Positions 13,555-30,180 are shown, counted from the stretch's first letter. The stretch is DNA of 64,000 bases from Tubulanus polymorphus (GCF_964204645.1 NC_134027.1:23522560-23586559), one strand, 5' to 3'. Made by a program: numbers and translations. The notes: a model not told the origin generated them from the letters alone.

Positions 13555-13860
13555 TATTAAATTAGGCAGCCAGAAAAATTCATCCCAATCAGTCGCTTCA
13601 GACGGTTCAGACTGAATGGAAGATTGTTTGGATGAACAGCAACCGAATTTCCAATTATGTACTTCGATTTAAAAATATTCTGTTAACTCGACCGCCGATC
13701 ACACATCTAAATCTGTACTTCGATTTCCGATTTCAAAATCAAACCCCCTGTTTCGCTCCAGGCAGGTGTGGTGGGTCTGTAAGGGACACTCAATCGAAAA
13801 ATCAAACGAAAATTACCAGCCAAATAAATAAATAATGGGGACAATCCCTATTTTAAGATC
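13555..13860. mobile_element. Dispersed repeat end (copies at ~37415-37700 reversed and ~62030-62480 as an inverted pair)
   Basis: Near-identical blocks such as tttcaaaatcaaaccccctgtttcgctc and ggcaggtgtggtgggtctgtaagggacactc. Confidence 0.7.
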
Positions 13861-14608
13861 AAAACCGGTTTATGACGCAATAAACCGATTGCTTCGATGC
13901 TTTGACAAGTGGACTTCTAATATCCACATATCCAGCATAACGTTGACCCAGGTTGCGCTTCTTGGCAATAGTCATATGTCATGGGCTAGAATTATTTCGA
14001 TGAAATCTTCGTACGCTTCCCAGTTCGACATATGAACCAATTAGACAGAAACCCGTTATCACTGATATGCAGCTATATGATCAAAGACAATTGGTGGTAT
14101 TTCTGTGCAGGAGTGCACCTAATCTTTTTAGATATATAAGTCAAGTGCCTTTCTGCGACTTAACGCGTTTTGCAAATTTAGCCCCTCTGTGCGGGATACA
14201 CCTACTATTCCCTTTTTGGACATCAAAGTGTCCTTCAAAATTGGCCTTTGGATCCGCCCGACCGGTGGTATGAACTGCAAGTGTGTACTGATTTAGATAT
14301 CTCGTGTCCAAGCGTCTTTCACAATCAATCACTTGAATTAGATTACCTTAATGCACAATTTCGAAACAAATTTTCTCAATGAGCATCAATTTCGAACTAC
14401 GCAGCAGCATTTATCAAGTGAAACAAGGCACAATGCTCAGTTAAAGACAAACGAATGATTATACATAGAAAAAATTTTAGACAGTGTTTTTTTATTTACA
14501 AAAAAAAGAAACGGCATACATTAATATTACATATAATCGTAACGTTACAAAAATTGTAACCCTAACCTCGTCGAACACGCCCCGAATTTAATTAAACTCT
14601 CTTCGACC

Positions 14609-18128
<3,520 letters not shown>

Positions 18129-18950
18129 TTTAGAGCCGTAATTTCAGCCAGAAATCGGAATAAATTCAACTCACGACCGGCGAAAACGATATGGACGACG
18201 AATGACTCTGCACTAAATTCAATTCAATTCAAAGTTGCTAAAATGTGAGATGTTGTCGGAAAAATTGTGAATCTAAGTCCTTTTTATTGCTTTGAAAGAA
18301 ATCCTAAAAATCGAAATTGAGTCAATTAAAGGTTAGCGAAAGTAGATTCGAGATAGTAGAGTTTCAACAAAGAACAACGTAGGAAAAATTTAAAAAAATC
18401 AGGGTATATTTATTCGGTTAGGACGCGACATTCAAAGAAAATGTGGAGCCTTAAGTGAAAATTTTTCCTGGCTTTTTTTTCAAGAAAGTTCAAATTCTAC
18501 CTAAATAAGGTGAATATACGATTTAAACCTGTTTTGCCTTACATTTTGTTGATTGAATTTTCATATTTCGAAAATTCGTAATTTGAGTCAGATTCCTTCC
18601 ATTCGAAAATCGTCGATGAAATGCGCAGGATCGCACTAAATACTGCAGATAACCAACCAAATCTGAATACTGCATAGAACCGACCAAAGGGTCATTATTT
18701 CCCGTAGGGTCATTATTTAATCGTACTTTTGTGTGGCCAAATCAAGGGTTTGCAGCCAGGGCCCGGATTCACAAAAACCATTTTTAAAGCCTATTTCAAT
18801 TTTAGACAAACCGAATTAATAGATTTCCTATTTTCAAACTCCTTAAGTTAAAAAGTCCATGAATTCTGAAATGACTGACGTGAAGGCACCCTGCAAGAGA
18901 TTTTTCCGAACAGGAAATCATTTTTCTGCGTTTCGTTTTTAGATCTGGTC

Positions 18951-19983
18951 ATGGCTGCGGCGCGGCAATTACTGTCGCTAGGGAATATCTGTTTCAAAGA
19001 CGTTCGTTTACGCCTCGCGTTACACGGCTGCACGAATCGACCGTTCCTGCACGTCGTCGCGATCGACCGCAAGTCGAAACGCGAAGGCGACTTCTACGAA
19101 CAATTAGGCTCGTACGACCCGATGGCGAATAAAGACAACGAAAAGCTGGTCGCGTTGAATTTCGATCGTATCAAATGGTGGCTGGCGAAAGGCGCCGAAC
19201 CGTCGAAACCCGTCGCTGAATTATTAGGTAGCCCTAAAGAAAATCATCCGCACATATTGGAGAGACAGGGTTCATAGCGAGTCTATCTCCCAAGTGGTTG
19301 CTTTTAAAAATGATTTAGTATGGCTCTTCAGTACTTTTCGCAAGGAAATTAAAAAAGTGCTTACTAAGACTTTTGGAATCGTGAATAATTTTTTAGGAGT
19401 TGAATTTCACTGTGGATGGTTTAAAGGGTTAGAAAGTGACTAACTTTTATTTATAAGGTTGAATTTTAGTCGCGAATCGTGAAAGTCCAGAGACGTACAG
19501 TTGAGCAGATGAGATTGCTTGCTTTTGAAAAAATTTAGTATGGCCCTTAAGAAGTGCTTACCTTTCACAAGTGCTAACCTTTAATTTTTTTGTGGAAAAT
19601 TTTGTCGAGTTAGGGATGAAGACAGGCCAGCTTAGATGATGAGAAAAGTGATCACTTATGCGTTAAAATGGTGCTTACAAAATACACTTATATTTCTAAA
19701 ATGTACTTAAAAGTATTTTCTTTTTCCTCGGCCTTAGGAACCCTGTGGTGATCAAATCAGTCACAGTTTATTCGGTGAAATGTTGATTGAATATCTGAGG
19801 GAGGGATGCATGGTCCGGGAAGTAGATGGAAGTCTGAAGTTTATTTTCTGATTTTCAGGTTTGTGCGGTTTTTTGCCCCTTCATCCGATGAGTGTGATCA
19901 AAGCTCAACGCAATCGACAAAATGCGTTATCGAAAGATTCTGAGCCTACAAACGCCGAAGAAGGATCTGAAGAAGCTTCTTGA
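18951..19983 (+). CDS. MRPS16: Mitochondrial ribosomal protein S16 (bS16m), 2 exons
   Basis: Exons 18951-19227 and 19859-19983. Motifs [31 protein letters not shown] and [12 protein letters not shown]. Confidence 0.96.
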
Positions 19984-20974
19984 TATCTATATTATTAATT
20001 GCATTGTCATAACTTTATTCAATCATCAATATAAATAGTCTGAAAAAATATATACCGATGTCGCTTCTTTACTATACGGCCGCTGTTGAACAAAGTGTTC
20101 TTAGAATTTTGAAAAATTTTTCTGGAATTTCTGGGAGATTGTTGTCTGCTGATAGTAATTCTTATCATGCTGCTGGCTGGTACGGGTGGAGTTCTGGAAT
20201 GTTTGTAGAAACTGTGTGGAAGAAATAATCAGGATTCGAAGCCGAATCATGAATGCGGCTGTAACCTGCTCTGCGCGACAGAGGGCGCTGCATTTTACTT
20301 CCGTGTGTGGAGTCAAAATTCTGAAAATTTAATTTTTTCGAATTTTCTCAAATTTATTCCATTCATTCATTCTTTTGTAATTCGAACTTCGACGGTTGAA
20401 ATGGACTCGAAAGATGCGGATTTTGAAGATGAATTCAACGCCGGTATTAATTTTAATTTCGATATTTCGGGCGGGGGTAAAAAAACGGACGAAGTCGATG
20501 AAGCCGATTCATCATCATCAGCAGATCGCGATTTGACGCTGAAAATGACGAACATAAGTTTCGATTGCGTAGCGGCTAAACTGTTGAGCGAGAATTGTTT
20601 ATTGACGGCGTTAGAACTGCACACAGAGTTACTAGAGAATGGACGAGAATTGCCGAGACTTACGAACTTTTTTTCGAATCCGGGTAATTTCGAAAAGACG
20701 AGCTTCGCGAAAGATGTGAATTTGTTGACGACTGGGAGCGGTTTGTTGCGTAGGTATTTTTGATTAATGCCGTCCGACGCAGAAATCACAACCTGGGGCC
20801 AGAGTTGCTCAAAAGTTTGATAATGATGCATAGCCACAACTGTACTTTTGATTTGTCACAATTTCAAACTTTTTGCAAACTGGCCCCTGCCATCTGTACC
20901 CTAGTCTAGTACCTAGCCGTTGTTCCCCAAACAATGGTTAAAGGGAACCGTAACAACGACTGGTATTCAGACTA

Positions 20975-21415
20975 TCTGTACCTGTACATGTGCTCCCTCA
21001 GTCAATCTGCTGTCTGTACCCTGTACCCCTTAGACAATCTGCCATCTGTACCCGGTACCCCCTCAGACAATCTGCTGTCCATACCCTGCACCCTCTCAGA
21101 CAATCTGCTGTCTGTACCCTGCACCTCCTTCAGACAAGCTGCTGTCTGTACCCTGTACCCCCTCAGACAAGCTGCTGTCTGTACCCTCTCAGACAATCTG
21201 CTGTCTGTACCCTGCACCTCCTTCAGACAAGCTGCTGTCTGTACCCTCTCAGACAATCTGCTGTCTGTACCCTGTACCCTCTCAGAAAATCTGCTGTCTT
21301 TACCCTGCACCTCCTCAGACAAGCTGCTGTCTGTACTCTGCACCTCCTCAGACAAGCTGCTGTCTATACCCTGTACCCTCTCAGACAATCTGCTGTCTGT
21401 ATTCTGCACCCCTCA
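20975..21415. repeat. Intronic minisatellite (~28-37-bp units, ctcagacaatctgctgtctgtaccctg)
   Basis: Tandem units in RELCH intron 1. Confidence 0.9.
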
Positions 21416-22996
21416 GGCAATTGAAAATGAACTTATTTATTTCAGCTCGTACGTCGAGTTGTCAGACGTTTGATTCGTTAGATTTTGCTCGATACTCCGA
21501 TGACGGTGAACGTGTGACCGATGATAAAGTTGCAGGTAAAAAAAAGACGTTTATTATCCGCTAACATAGAAGTGCGCCTTACAAAAATCTCACTTTATGA
21601 AAATCTCACCCCCTTTAAGTCATGGCTGGTTACGGGCCCGAGTATCTAACGTACATATTTCTATTTCAGTACTGGAGTTCGAATTACGTAAAGCACAAGA
21701 AACGATTAAATCACTTCGTGAACAGTTAACAAGAGTTGCAGGTAAATACCGAACAATCAGTCTATGCATAACTGATCATTATTCGAGTATTTCTGCCGCT
21801 GTGGTATTAATACAGTGCTGCTCCCAATTACCGTAATGAGTATATTGGATTCTAAAGTCTAGCGTACATCGACTGCGATTGGAGAACTGGCTGGATGCAA
21901 TCAGTTGCTCGAATGTGTCGATGTGAGCTAGCTTACGACTTGGTAAGCCATGATCCATCTCCATGTTCCAGCCAGTTGCCCATGTTCTACTTTTGAGCAA
22001 CTAGTTGTACTCGGTTACTGTCATATCCGTCGATGTGAGCCATAATCAACAACAACACATGGTTGCTACTGACTAAAACAAAGCAAAATAACACGTGACT
22101 TGAGATGCCTTCGAGAATATTTGCTAGATAACACATCTCAGTTGCTGTCGATGTACGCGCTATGGACCATGAGCCATGCAGTTGCTGGATTTTTGCTAGA
22201 TTTGCAATGTGAGCGGGGTACTCGCTCACTAGCAGCTGGATATGATCAGTTGCTAGTCCGATGTACGCTAGGAATTAGCAGATCAAGTCAGGGAAAGCAA
22301 CGCACATGTCGGGAAATAGTCGGGGGAAAAGCAAGTCAGATAAAAGTTGCCGCACTGTTGGATCAATTGAAATTGCGGTAACGTGGGTTCTATTATTCCT
22401 AGCATATTTTTTTGACGGTTTTGTTTTTCCTTTCGTTCCCAGGCAGCGAAAACGCTTCTTCGAGTCCGAAACCACCGTCGAATCAACAGTCGAAGAATGA
22501 TCCCGACGAGGAGCCGCCGATCAAAGAGCACGAATGTCGCGCGATCAATTTCCTCATCAACGAATTCTTACTTCAAACTAACAACAAACTGACGTCGGTG
22601 ACGTTCGCCGAAGAGAATGAAAATCAGGTGAGTTCAGGAACGGTGAAACAGTAAAACAAGTATCTGGCTGCTCGGGCGATTGTATCAAATGAACGCGTGC
22701 CCATTTGGTCAGAGGTGAGCTGTAAACAGTCGTCTTTAGACTTTCGTATTTAAATTTTTCTATGGTCCCATGATTTCTATATGGATTTTTGGCCCCTTAT
22801 CCGACTGAGTGCATTCGAGGGCATTATAAGCGGGTTTGGGCTTTCTTTGACCTACAACCCGCTGAGCACGCATGTGCTAATATTTAATATTAGTACATGC
22901 GTATACTCGGATTTCTTTGAAATACTGGACCCTATTCCACTGTTCTGGTTTAAATTTGGAGTAAAACGTTGAAAATTAACTTATTTTTACTCTTAA

Positions 22997-23281
22997 CCCT
23001 TTCAGTGGGTCTACACCGCAGTGCGGTGTATAAATCGGTGATGGATTTTGCTAGTACACCGCACTGCGGTGTATTGATGTAATTAGTAATTAGTTTTTAT
23101 CTCTAATGAAAGATGACAGCACCTGTCAAACATAGTGAAATACTAGTAACTAACGATACACTGCGCCGCGGTGTAGACGCATTATAGTGCTATTCCCGTT
23201 CAACACTCTAGGGTTGAATTTTTAAAAATTTTCAAATTATCTTCAGCACTATAGGGTATTAATAAGTCAGCACTGAAAGGG
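22997..23281. mobile_element. piggyBac-like MITE (TTAA|CCCTTTCAGTG...CACTGAAAGGG|TTAA); related copies at ~29340-29630 and ~46010-46315
   Basis: TIRs and TTAA flanks are seen. Three dispersed copies. Confidence 0.85.
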
Positions 23282-24453
23282 TTAATCAGAACCGTGGAAC
23301 TGGATGCGGTTATGTTATCAAATAAGCCGGTAGCTCTCTTTTTGAAAATATTTTTGAGGATTTTTTCGTTCGTTTGTAGGATTTCGACGATTGGGACGAC
23401 GTCGGATTGAACATTCCGAAACCATTAGATTTGCTCACTCTTTATCGAACGTACGGATTTCACGTGACGCAAAACGACGCGAAATGGGACTGCTAGCGAA
23501 ACGCATATTCTACGGTAGATTCTGTTCACCTCGGATTATCACGTTCCAGCCCGGACAGTATATGTCCCATCTCTGCTCTCACTAAGCCGGAATCCGAGAG
23601 AATTTATTAGTCCCGCGACATCCGAGGCAAGCGCAGTCTACTACTGTATCCTACAAAATACTAAACGGTGCTTCGGAAAATCATCCATAAAATCAATTGA
23701 GATTCAGATATTCGACGTGTTTCATTGTGAAGTAGAAACCGGTAAAACTGTGGATAAAGCCATACATTGCGAGTTGATTATTCTTGAATGGAACTGATCT
23801 TAGCCCATTGGGGTAAAATTCAGCCCGCCGCAACTGCGGAGCTCTGGACCCAAGCTACAGTTGCGGAACCGAGAACAGATTAAATTCATAATTGTGGAAC
23901 TTGGGCCCAACTTGAACGACTATGAAACTGGTCTATAATTGCATTAAAAATGTGGAACTAGGCCTTAAGTTTACTGAAGACTTTGAAATTGGATCTCTAA
24001 TTTGCCCAAGGCCTTACAGCCGTGGAACTAGGCTCTACAATTGTGGGACTCTATGGTTAACCCATAACTGTGGAGCTGGGTTTTCCAATTGTGGAACTGG
24101 GCCTATAGTTCAACATCTGTAGAACTGTATCCAAATTAAGCTTTGCGAAAGAGTTCAGGTGTGCCAATAGCCATAAGCACAAATATTCATCCTTCAAATG
24201 TCTATTCACAGAGTTATCAATCGTTTTCAAAGCATATATTATAATATGTATCTCCTTTTCAAGATAGGTTACGATTATCAAATTATTACATTTGAAGGGT
24301 AGTGTGTTTGTTTGGGTGCGAGTGCATGTGCCATGATTTTTTCTGTGAAAAAAGCCGATATTTGAAAAAAGCTAGTCTTTATTAGGGGTCATTCATTTAT
24401 TACGTACGCATTAGCGGAGGGGGGTAAGTGCAATTGCGTACTGTAATGCTTAA

Positions 24454-25032
24454 CCCTTTCGCTGCGTACACGCTTGCACCGCCCCCTACGTAAGGTATTT
24501 TCCGAAAAATTCGATTTTTTTCAAATTGTTTTTAACCCCGATTTTTCGCGTTTTTATCGAAGATTATGATGTTATTTAGTGAAAATCAGTAAAAAATCAT
24601 ACCAACAGCCTTTTCTGTAGGGGGGGGGGCGTGTTGGGGGGGGGGGGTCAGGATGGGTTAAAAATTTTTTTTTTTCAGTTTTTCACCCAAGTGCCTATCT
24701 CAGTCTTTGGTGATTGATGCTACGGTGTGGATGAAAGAAATTCAATTGATATGGGATATCCTTTTCCGCTGGTAGAGGTACGTAAGTGGGGAGCCATCTC
24801 AATCCCGCGCAAATTACCATGTGCTCAACAGGCTGACAGCACCAACTACTGACGCATTTTCGCCATCTGTTGTTTAGAAAGCTAACTATCTTCTCTTACA
24901 TGCGTTTCCATACTGTTTGCTGTGTACGCGTTCGAGTTATAAATCAATAGGTGCATGACGTTTCTACAACGTCATACGCACAGCAAGTGTCACTCATATG
25001 ACGTTTCCAAAACGTCACACGTAGCGAAAGGG
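24454..25032. mobile_element. piggyBac deletion derivative nested in a GGGGTCATTCATTTATTACG-type MITE
   Basis: TTAA|CCCTTTCGCT...AGCGAAAGGG|TTAA. The intact host MITE at ~31498-31660 has a single TTAA at this site. Confidence 0.9.
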
Positions 25033-25680
25033 TTAATGTATATGAAAAAATGGCGTACAGAGGGTGGGGTTGAAAAATTCAAATTTTATGCAAAAAATGA
25101 AAAAATGAATGATCCCTTACCGGGTATGTCATTTCTCATTGTTACTGCTCAAACTGTTCTTTATAAATACTGTACGTTAGTGTACAAAGCGAGATTGATT
25201 ATAATCCTTCAGTATCTCTTCAATGATTGCAATGTTAATTTATTTCAATATGGAAAAAAAGACGAAATATATTTTATAGATTTGTGATAAGATTGTCCAT
25301 AGTTGTCCTCTTTTGGTGTGCTGCTTTAGTATATTAGTGAAACAGGCCCCTGAACCAAGTGCATTAACTCTACTATAGTAGGTTGTCCGTTTGTTAAGAA
25401 AGGCAAAACTCAACGCAAATATTCCGTTTTACGTTTTGTGAATTATTAATTAAAATTTATTTACTCTTTACAATTTAAAATACGTGCGAATAAACATATT
25501 TTTTCGAAGGCGCACAAGTTTTTACGTACAAACACAATAAATGATAAATAGTTGAACACACTCGAGCCAAACGACGCAACGAAAGGCTTTATCTTGTTTA
25601 TGACGTTAAGGTGAAATATACCGAGTAATTATCAGTTAAATTCGTGAATATTTTTCGGCGTATTTATGTCGTTGTCTATT

Positions 25681-26864
25681 CTAGTACGAGTATAGCTTGA
25701 TTTTATACAGATCTTTGTCGCTGCATTCGCGAGTTCGGTCGTAGTAGTAAAAACAGCCATCTTTTCTCAGCAGTTTCTTCACGTAGTTGTTCTCCGGCCA
25801 TCGGTCGACCTGAAAAATACAACACAAAAATACTTTAAAACTGGCTATACAGTTCCTGACAAAATTGACGGTTTATCCTTGCTTTCAAAGCTAAGCTTAT
25901 TATAAAGAGTTGAATGGCCTTCAGCCATCCTGAGACATTTTTAATTGAAAATGACCTATAAATATTAGACATTTTATAAGCATATACTTTGAAAAACTGA
26001 TTGTCCACACTTCATATGCGTTGAGGACTATGCCTAAGACATAATAAATTGAATGAAAACTAAACACTATCAGACTTTTCATGAGCACACATTCAAAAAC
26101 TGATTTTCCGCACTTCACATATGGGTTCAACACTTCACCAATGATATTTCTAATCGAAAATGAACAACAGACCCCAGAGACATTAGACTTAATGTCACAC
26201 TTTTAACTCAAAAGGTGATCGTCCACACTTCTTCACACGTGTTCAGGAACTCACCTGAGACATTTCTTATTAAAAATGAACTACAATACAAACGCCAGAC
26301 ATTTTATGCTCACACTTTTAACCTAAAAGTTGCTTGTCCACGATTCACATAGTTCAGGATGCCCAAGACATCAAAAATGAACTCAAATATCACAATGAAC
26401 TGAAATTCGAAACCAGACCTCTAGTCTCCCTAAGAAGGAGGGGAAAGTAAAACCTTAACCTGCTAATGATATAGTTAGTTACCTAATTGTTAGTGGTAAT
26501 TTAGCTTTTAATGGGCTTGAATACCATGTGGCTTGTGAAAATATCCGATCATGAAACTAAACCACAGACAGGTTACTGTCTACTAATAACACAGGCATTG
26601 AGGGGAAAAATCAATCATTCATTTGCTAATTGCGGTAATGCCACGAGTGGCTCTCAACGGGTTAAATGGATTCGAATAATCTCATTGATGAATCTCAATA
26701 ATTCGTACCGATTTAGATTTTGTAAATGCCATGTATTCGATTTCATCTCTGAATCCTGCGGTTTGAAATCGGTACGCTTCTTCCACTTCGTCGGACCAAG
26801 TCGATGCTCGCACCATCTTCTTTGGTTGGCGGTTTAGTGATGAACTTTCAGTTTGCGTCGACAT
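25681..26864 (-). CDS. MEIG1: Meiosis-expressed gene 1 protein (94 aa), 2 coding exons
   Basis: Exons 26864-26709 and 25809-25681 give ...[31 protein letters not shown]...[42 protein letters not shown]. An acceptor just 5' of the ATG implies a non-coding first exon, with a candidate donor at ~28515. Confidence 0.95.
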
Positions 26865-27109
26865 TCTAGAACGAAATAGCAAAATAATGATAAAACAATA
26901 ATTTTCTTCCGAAAGACCTGGTAGAATTGTGAGCGAAATTCAAGTCCAAAAATATACTTAAATCTTATGACTGTTAGACTGAAATGATCTCAGATTTAAT
27001 GAACAAAAACCCACAATTGATGATTTAACAATTTAATTCTGACAGTTTCGTTCGCAGTTTTGACTAAGTACGAGAAATGAAAATAACAATTATTATAGAT
27101 CTATATCTC

Positions 27110-27151
27110 ACACCTGACGATGATCTCTAGGGTGAGATCGAAACGTTGTGT
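27110..27151 (+). ncRNA. Minimal type I hammerhead ribozyme motif (Penelope/retrozyme-type)
   Basis: acac-CTGACGA-t-GATCTC(tagggt)GAGATC-GAAAC-GTT-gtgt: catalytic core, 6-bp stem II, 4-bp stem I, palindromic AACGTT stem III. Confidence 0.65.
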
Positions 27152-27711
27152 TCTTATATTTTAGATGTTTTTATCTTATCATCTGTTCACCACGTTTGAG
27201 CGTGGTTATCGTACTGTAATTGTTATAGATTTCGTAATATTTTGCTTAATATCCCCAAAGAACCAGGTTACAGGTAAAAAGAAATGTATTTCCATCTACA
27301 AAAGATCAAAGAAATGAAAAAAAGATGTCAGACATGTAGGCCCTACTGCAACTGACCTGTTCAGTTTTTAGAGATGAAGACTTCGAATTCTATGGTAAAT
27401 AATGAGACAATTGATAGAACCAGCAGTACAAGTGGAAAGGCAGTGGTGAATGCTGAAATATAATAGAAAACAACTCTCAAACTAGGGAAATAGTTGATTA
27501 ATGGACATTTCAAATGGTGCCGTGAGTGTCAGGCTCCTCATAAGGTACACTGGCCCTGCCTCTGGGTAAGTTGTCTGAAGTTTTAGCTTAAAATGGTTCG
27601 GTTTGAATGAATTTTTGTCCTGGAAACACAAAGTTAACCCTTACCGAGCAACTTAAGCAATTAAACCCACCACAGAGGGGCTCATAAATATTGTACTTCC
27701 GTAGCGTATTA

Positions 27712-28212
27712 CTAATGTCTATTTCAACCTGACGTGAGTGCATTCCGTGCGGCCTAGCTCGCTAATTTTTGGCAGTACATACCTGATAAAGGTCTTAATA
27801 AGACCAGAAAGGACAGGCAGTCGACCTAAATCATCATTTTTTAATCCATTTGAAACTGTGTTGAAGGATATCCAAAAAGTCTTCACTGAAAGGGGTAAAA
27901 TGAAGAGAAGTGACTCCATGATTTGAAAGTTTAACAATATGTTTCCATGCCTACGTATCAAATTTCAGTTGGTAGGCATGGAGACATATTGTTAAACTTT
28001 CAAATCATGGAGTCTCTTTTCTCTCAGGATCCCCTCAATGCATATTTTTTGGATATCCTTCAATACAGTTTCAAATGGATTAAAAAATGATGAATTAGGT
28101 CGACTGCCAATGCATTCTGGTCCTAATAAGACTTTTATCAGGTATGTACTACCAAAACTGACTGAGCTAGGCCACCAGGAATGCTCTCAAGTCAGGTTGA
28201 AATAGACATTAG
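27712..28212. mobile_element. Foldback (near-palindromic) element of ~500 bp
   Basis: Arms ctaatgtctatttcaacctgac...gtcaggttgaaatagacattag pair almost to the centre (~27955-27970). Confidence 0.85.
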
Positions 28213-28608
28213 GTAAGGCCTAAACGTTACGTAGAGTGTAACACCACCGAGGATAATCTGTTCCAGCAGTAGCAGCCAGTAGGTAGGCTTAAACTTAGTA
28301 TCATCATGAAACATATCACGATCAGTAAAAGCAGAGAAATTGTAGGATGGCCTATAAATAGGTTTGACCCCAGCTCCCAAATTGTCAAAAAATCAAACAA
28401 TAAATTGAACATTTTAATTTGACTTGATAAACAAATGACAAGTTGCTGTAAAACAAACGTAATTTTACTTATTTCCAAACTGTGTTAGGCCCTACTCATC
28501 CACCTTAAATTCATACCTACTGACACTGGGTTTCGAAGTTTCTTTTGTCGTAGATCTGTCCCGAGAGAATGATCTTGAAAACCGAATGACAGCGCTGTGT
28601 TTACGCTG

Positions 28609-28623
28609 GTTACCATTGACAAC
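28609..28623 (-). promoter_or_regulatory. RFX X-box-like motif at the probable MEIG1 promoter
   Basis: GTTGTC-AAT-GGTAAC on the minus strand, just upstream of a candidate 5'UTR exon. Confidence 0.55.
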
Positions 28624-30142
28624 AGCTGCGCCACCTACTAATGACCATCGAAACTAAGGTTTATATTCCCCACCAGTTTCGAATCCCATAAATTCCACTC
28701 TGCTCTGATATGTTGATATGCCTGATATGTTTTCAACATAAAGCTAGATGAACTAGAATACATATATTAGAAGAACAACTTTCTTTATTTATAGCACTAC
28801 GATTTTTCAATCATTTTTCATTTCAAATAAAAAGGAATTCTTAGGTTAAGATATTTGATAAGTTGATTATAAATTTCCTTCGAAGGAAATCAATCGACTT
28901 TCCTTCCAAGGAAATTAATCAACTTGTCAAATTATATCTAAACCCAATTTGGTTAGAAGTCTCTTTTCTCCAAAATGCCGAATCCTAGCTATTACTTGAC
29001 GACAAGTACTCACTCTGTACCGCTCCAATCAGTAAAACCATCAAATTGATGAACTCGATTTGAAAAGTCTACTTTTCCAATTATTCAAGTTCCCCAATTC
29101 TAAACACAATCAATTATTCAGTCCCAACACTACAGAGTAAGCCACGGTTTAATGAAGAACGAAAAACAATGCGATTAATTAGAATATAAAAATCATTTTA
29201 TTTTTCAAGAATAATAATTCCGGAATAAAAGCGTTAATGGAATGTATAAGCAGTTTACAACTCTGTTATCATAATGGAAACACAGGGACAGCGTCATGAA
29301 TTGTTTTATAGAAAATTCTAGTCAACTTTTAAGTTTAAAGACCCTGTCAGCACTGACTAATTAATACCCTATAGTGCTGGAGATAAATTGAAAATTTTGA
29401 AAAATTCCACCCTAGTGTGTTGAATAATGGGAATACCACTATAGTGCATCTACACCGCAGCGCGGTGTATCGTTAGTTACTAATATTTCACTATGTTTGA
29501 CAGGTGCTGCCATTTTGCAATAGAGATAAAAACTCAGCTAATTACATCAACACACTGCAGTGCGGTGAACTAGCAAAATCCATCACTGATTTATACACCG
29601 CACTGCGGTGTAGATGCACTGAAAGGGTTAAACAAAACATTACGTCTCAAATGAATACGTTAGTTCTGGTAAATACCTCAGTCCCTTTTGACGCTGCCCT
29701 GGCCTCGAGGTATTAGAATTCATTATAACATAAAAACCTAACAGGCAAGCCAGTACGTTTACATCTAGCATAGAATACTTCTAACATCAGAAACAAGCCG
29801 ATACGTATACATCTTACGTAGGACAATCATTTCTTAACGAAACATTAATATATGCAATCTCTTTTCATCAACAGAATATAATAAGTTATAAAGTACGGAT
29901 ATGTATTTGCATATATGAGATTCTTCTTTTTCTTCAAGTCCCTGTATGAAAAAAGTGTGAACCTTAGTCAAACGGCAATAAATAAAGATAAAACTTAAAA
30001 TTTGATAAACTACATGTGGAAGCATTCGAGTACAAGACGCTAAGCTAACAATCATATTGCCTAGGTCGAGATAGCACACAATTCCTGTGTAGAAAATCTT
30101 ATAATATAAAAAATGTTCTGTCCGATGTAAGTATATCGAACA

Positions 30143-30180
30143 GCAACATTTCGGCTATATTCTAATAGCCATCATCAGGC
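30143..30180 (-). ncRNA. Degenerate minimal hammerhead motif
   Basis: Minus strand reads gc-CTGATGA-t-GGCTAT(tagaat)ATAGCC-GAAAT-GTT-gc. Confidence 0.45.

Larger units (their letters stand above)
20401..23496 (+). pseudogene. RELCH: RELCH/KIAA1468 5' portion (5 exons, ~270 aa) ending at an in-frame TAG; truncated gene or pseudogene
   Basis: Exons 20401-20749, 21446-21535, 21670-21741, 22443-22627 and 23380-23496. Motifs LLTALELHTELLE.GRELPRL..FFSNPGNFE, SLDFARYSDDG, VLEFELRKAQETI and a LisH region (AINFLINEFLL...TFAEEN..QDFDDWDDVGLNIPKP). Confidence 0.8.

Noticed and set aside
20934-21473. Cys/Leu-periodic ORFs
   Set aside because: They come from a minisatellite inside RELCH intron 1.
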